Source: an uncultured Actinomycetota bacterium | GTDB taxonomy: Bacteria; Actinomycetota; Thermoleophilia; RBG-16-64-13 | Direction of reading: 5' to 3' | DNA: 64,000 nt | NCBI GenBank assembly: GCA_963721365.1 | Contig: CAVRJE010000023.1 | Location: 110,668-174,667, forward strand | Shown: one piece after another, positions 63,578 through 64,000 of the stretch | Layout of the letters: each line of letters begins with the position of its first letter | How positions within the stretch are numbered: the stretch's first letter is position 1 | Translations under genes and position numbers: made by a program | The notes under the pieces: model-generated | What the model saw: the letters and a program-made list of their open reading frames with translations, nothing else | Told to the model about the DNA's origin: nothing | Databases searched by the model: none

Positions 63578-63608
63578 GCATCAAAAAAGCCGAACTACCG
63601 TCCGGCCG
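63578..63608 (-). terminator. candidate intrinsic terminator downstream of recX
   Basis: The minus strand reads GCCGGACGG-TAGT-TCGGC followed by TTTTTTGA. One G/A mismatch in the stem. Confidence 0.35.
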
Positions 63609-63805
63609 ACAAACTTCTATAGCATGACCTCGCCCTACAGAGGGGCAGTCCATACCGACGAGCCGACCGCCATACCGGCAGCCCCCGTACGGTTATATTC
63701 CCCGCTATCTAAGTCTTCTGCTCTGACGCTGCCGCGCCAGATGCGCCGACTTACAGAGCCATTTATAGCCAAAAGGCAAGGTCGCGCAGTGCCGCCATCG
63801 ACCGA

Positions 63806-64000
63806 TCATCGCACACTGTCGAGTTTACGTTGGGGGGAGTAAAACGTCAAGGAACGCTGGAGGAATCGGGCTCCGCCGGCTCCGAGTCCAGCCGCCTCCG
63901 CCCGCAGAGTCCGGGCCATCCGCCCGATGGTGTCCCAGTCATAGCCTCTGCGGGCCATAAAGCCCGCCAAACGCCGCTCGGCTGCCTGCGGGTCGGCGGC
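63806..64000 (-). CDS. recX: regulatory protein RecX, C-terminal fragment (the gene continues beyond the window)
   Basis: The minus-strand translation ...AADPQAAERRLAGFMARRGYDWDTIGRMARTL... resembles the RecX C-terminal repeat. Confidence 0.45.
   Translation of the reverse strand, partial: AADPQAAERRLAGFMARRGYDWDTIGRMARTLRAEAAGLGAGGARFLQRSLTFYSPQRKLDSVR

Overview
This is a high-GC (about 68-70%) bacterial chromosomal segment that is almost entirely coding. Roughly 55 of about 65 genes lie on the minus strand. It consists mostly of conserved housekeeping loci.

Minus-strand housekeeping genes, from high to low coordinate:
- recX (partial), rny, miaB, miaA, dapF, dapL and dut.
- A gene for an unknown domain followed by a HEAT-repeat gene, then an HD-GYP gene.
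- A type IV pilin and pseudopilin island.
- rnz, tRNA-Arg(CCG), lipB, a polysaccharide deacetylase paired with a DUF4015 hydrolase-like gene, and ade.
- An ACT-domain gene, the livHMG-SBP-livF transporter genes and paaK.
- metK, priA, def, fmt and rpe.
- An FMN riboswitch followed by ribD-ribE-ribBA-ribH, with rpmB on the plus strand.
- A DUF1858 gene, asp23, yloV (DAK2), degV, recG, rsmD, coaD, yceD and rpmF.
- An EF-G-like paralog, rpiR, yebC and ruvCAB.
- queH, a DUF2905 gene, queA, tgt, yajC, a fused secDF, and a phasin-like gene.

Strong directly visible non-CDS signals:
- A canonical FMN riboswitch with an intrinsic terminator ahead of ribD.
- A tRNA-Arg(CCG).
- A 59-aa rpmF gene that falls below the 60-aa cutoff of the ORF track.

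The most unusual regions:
- A roughly 9-kb island of prepilin-type genes at 44.3-53.6 kb. It holds tandem pilA paralogs and a PilV-like protein carrying two IPT/TIG repeats.
- An in-frame, diverged tandem duplication of the motif-V arm inside dut.
- A long imperfect palindrome upstream of the EF-G-like gene.

About 20 housekeeping genes carry +/-1 frame breaks. At least one sits in a homopolymer. This argues for uncorrected indel errors in the assembly rather than real pseudogenes.

No CRISPR array, transposase or integrase was seen. Taxonomy is uncertain; a high-GC Gram-positive-like or Thermus/Chloroflexi-like lineage is plausible.
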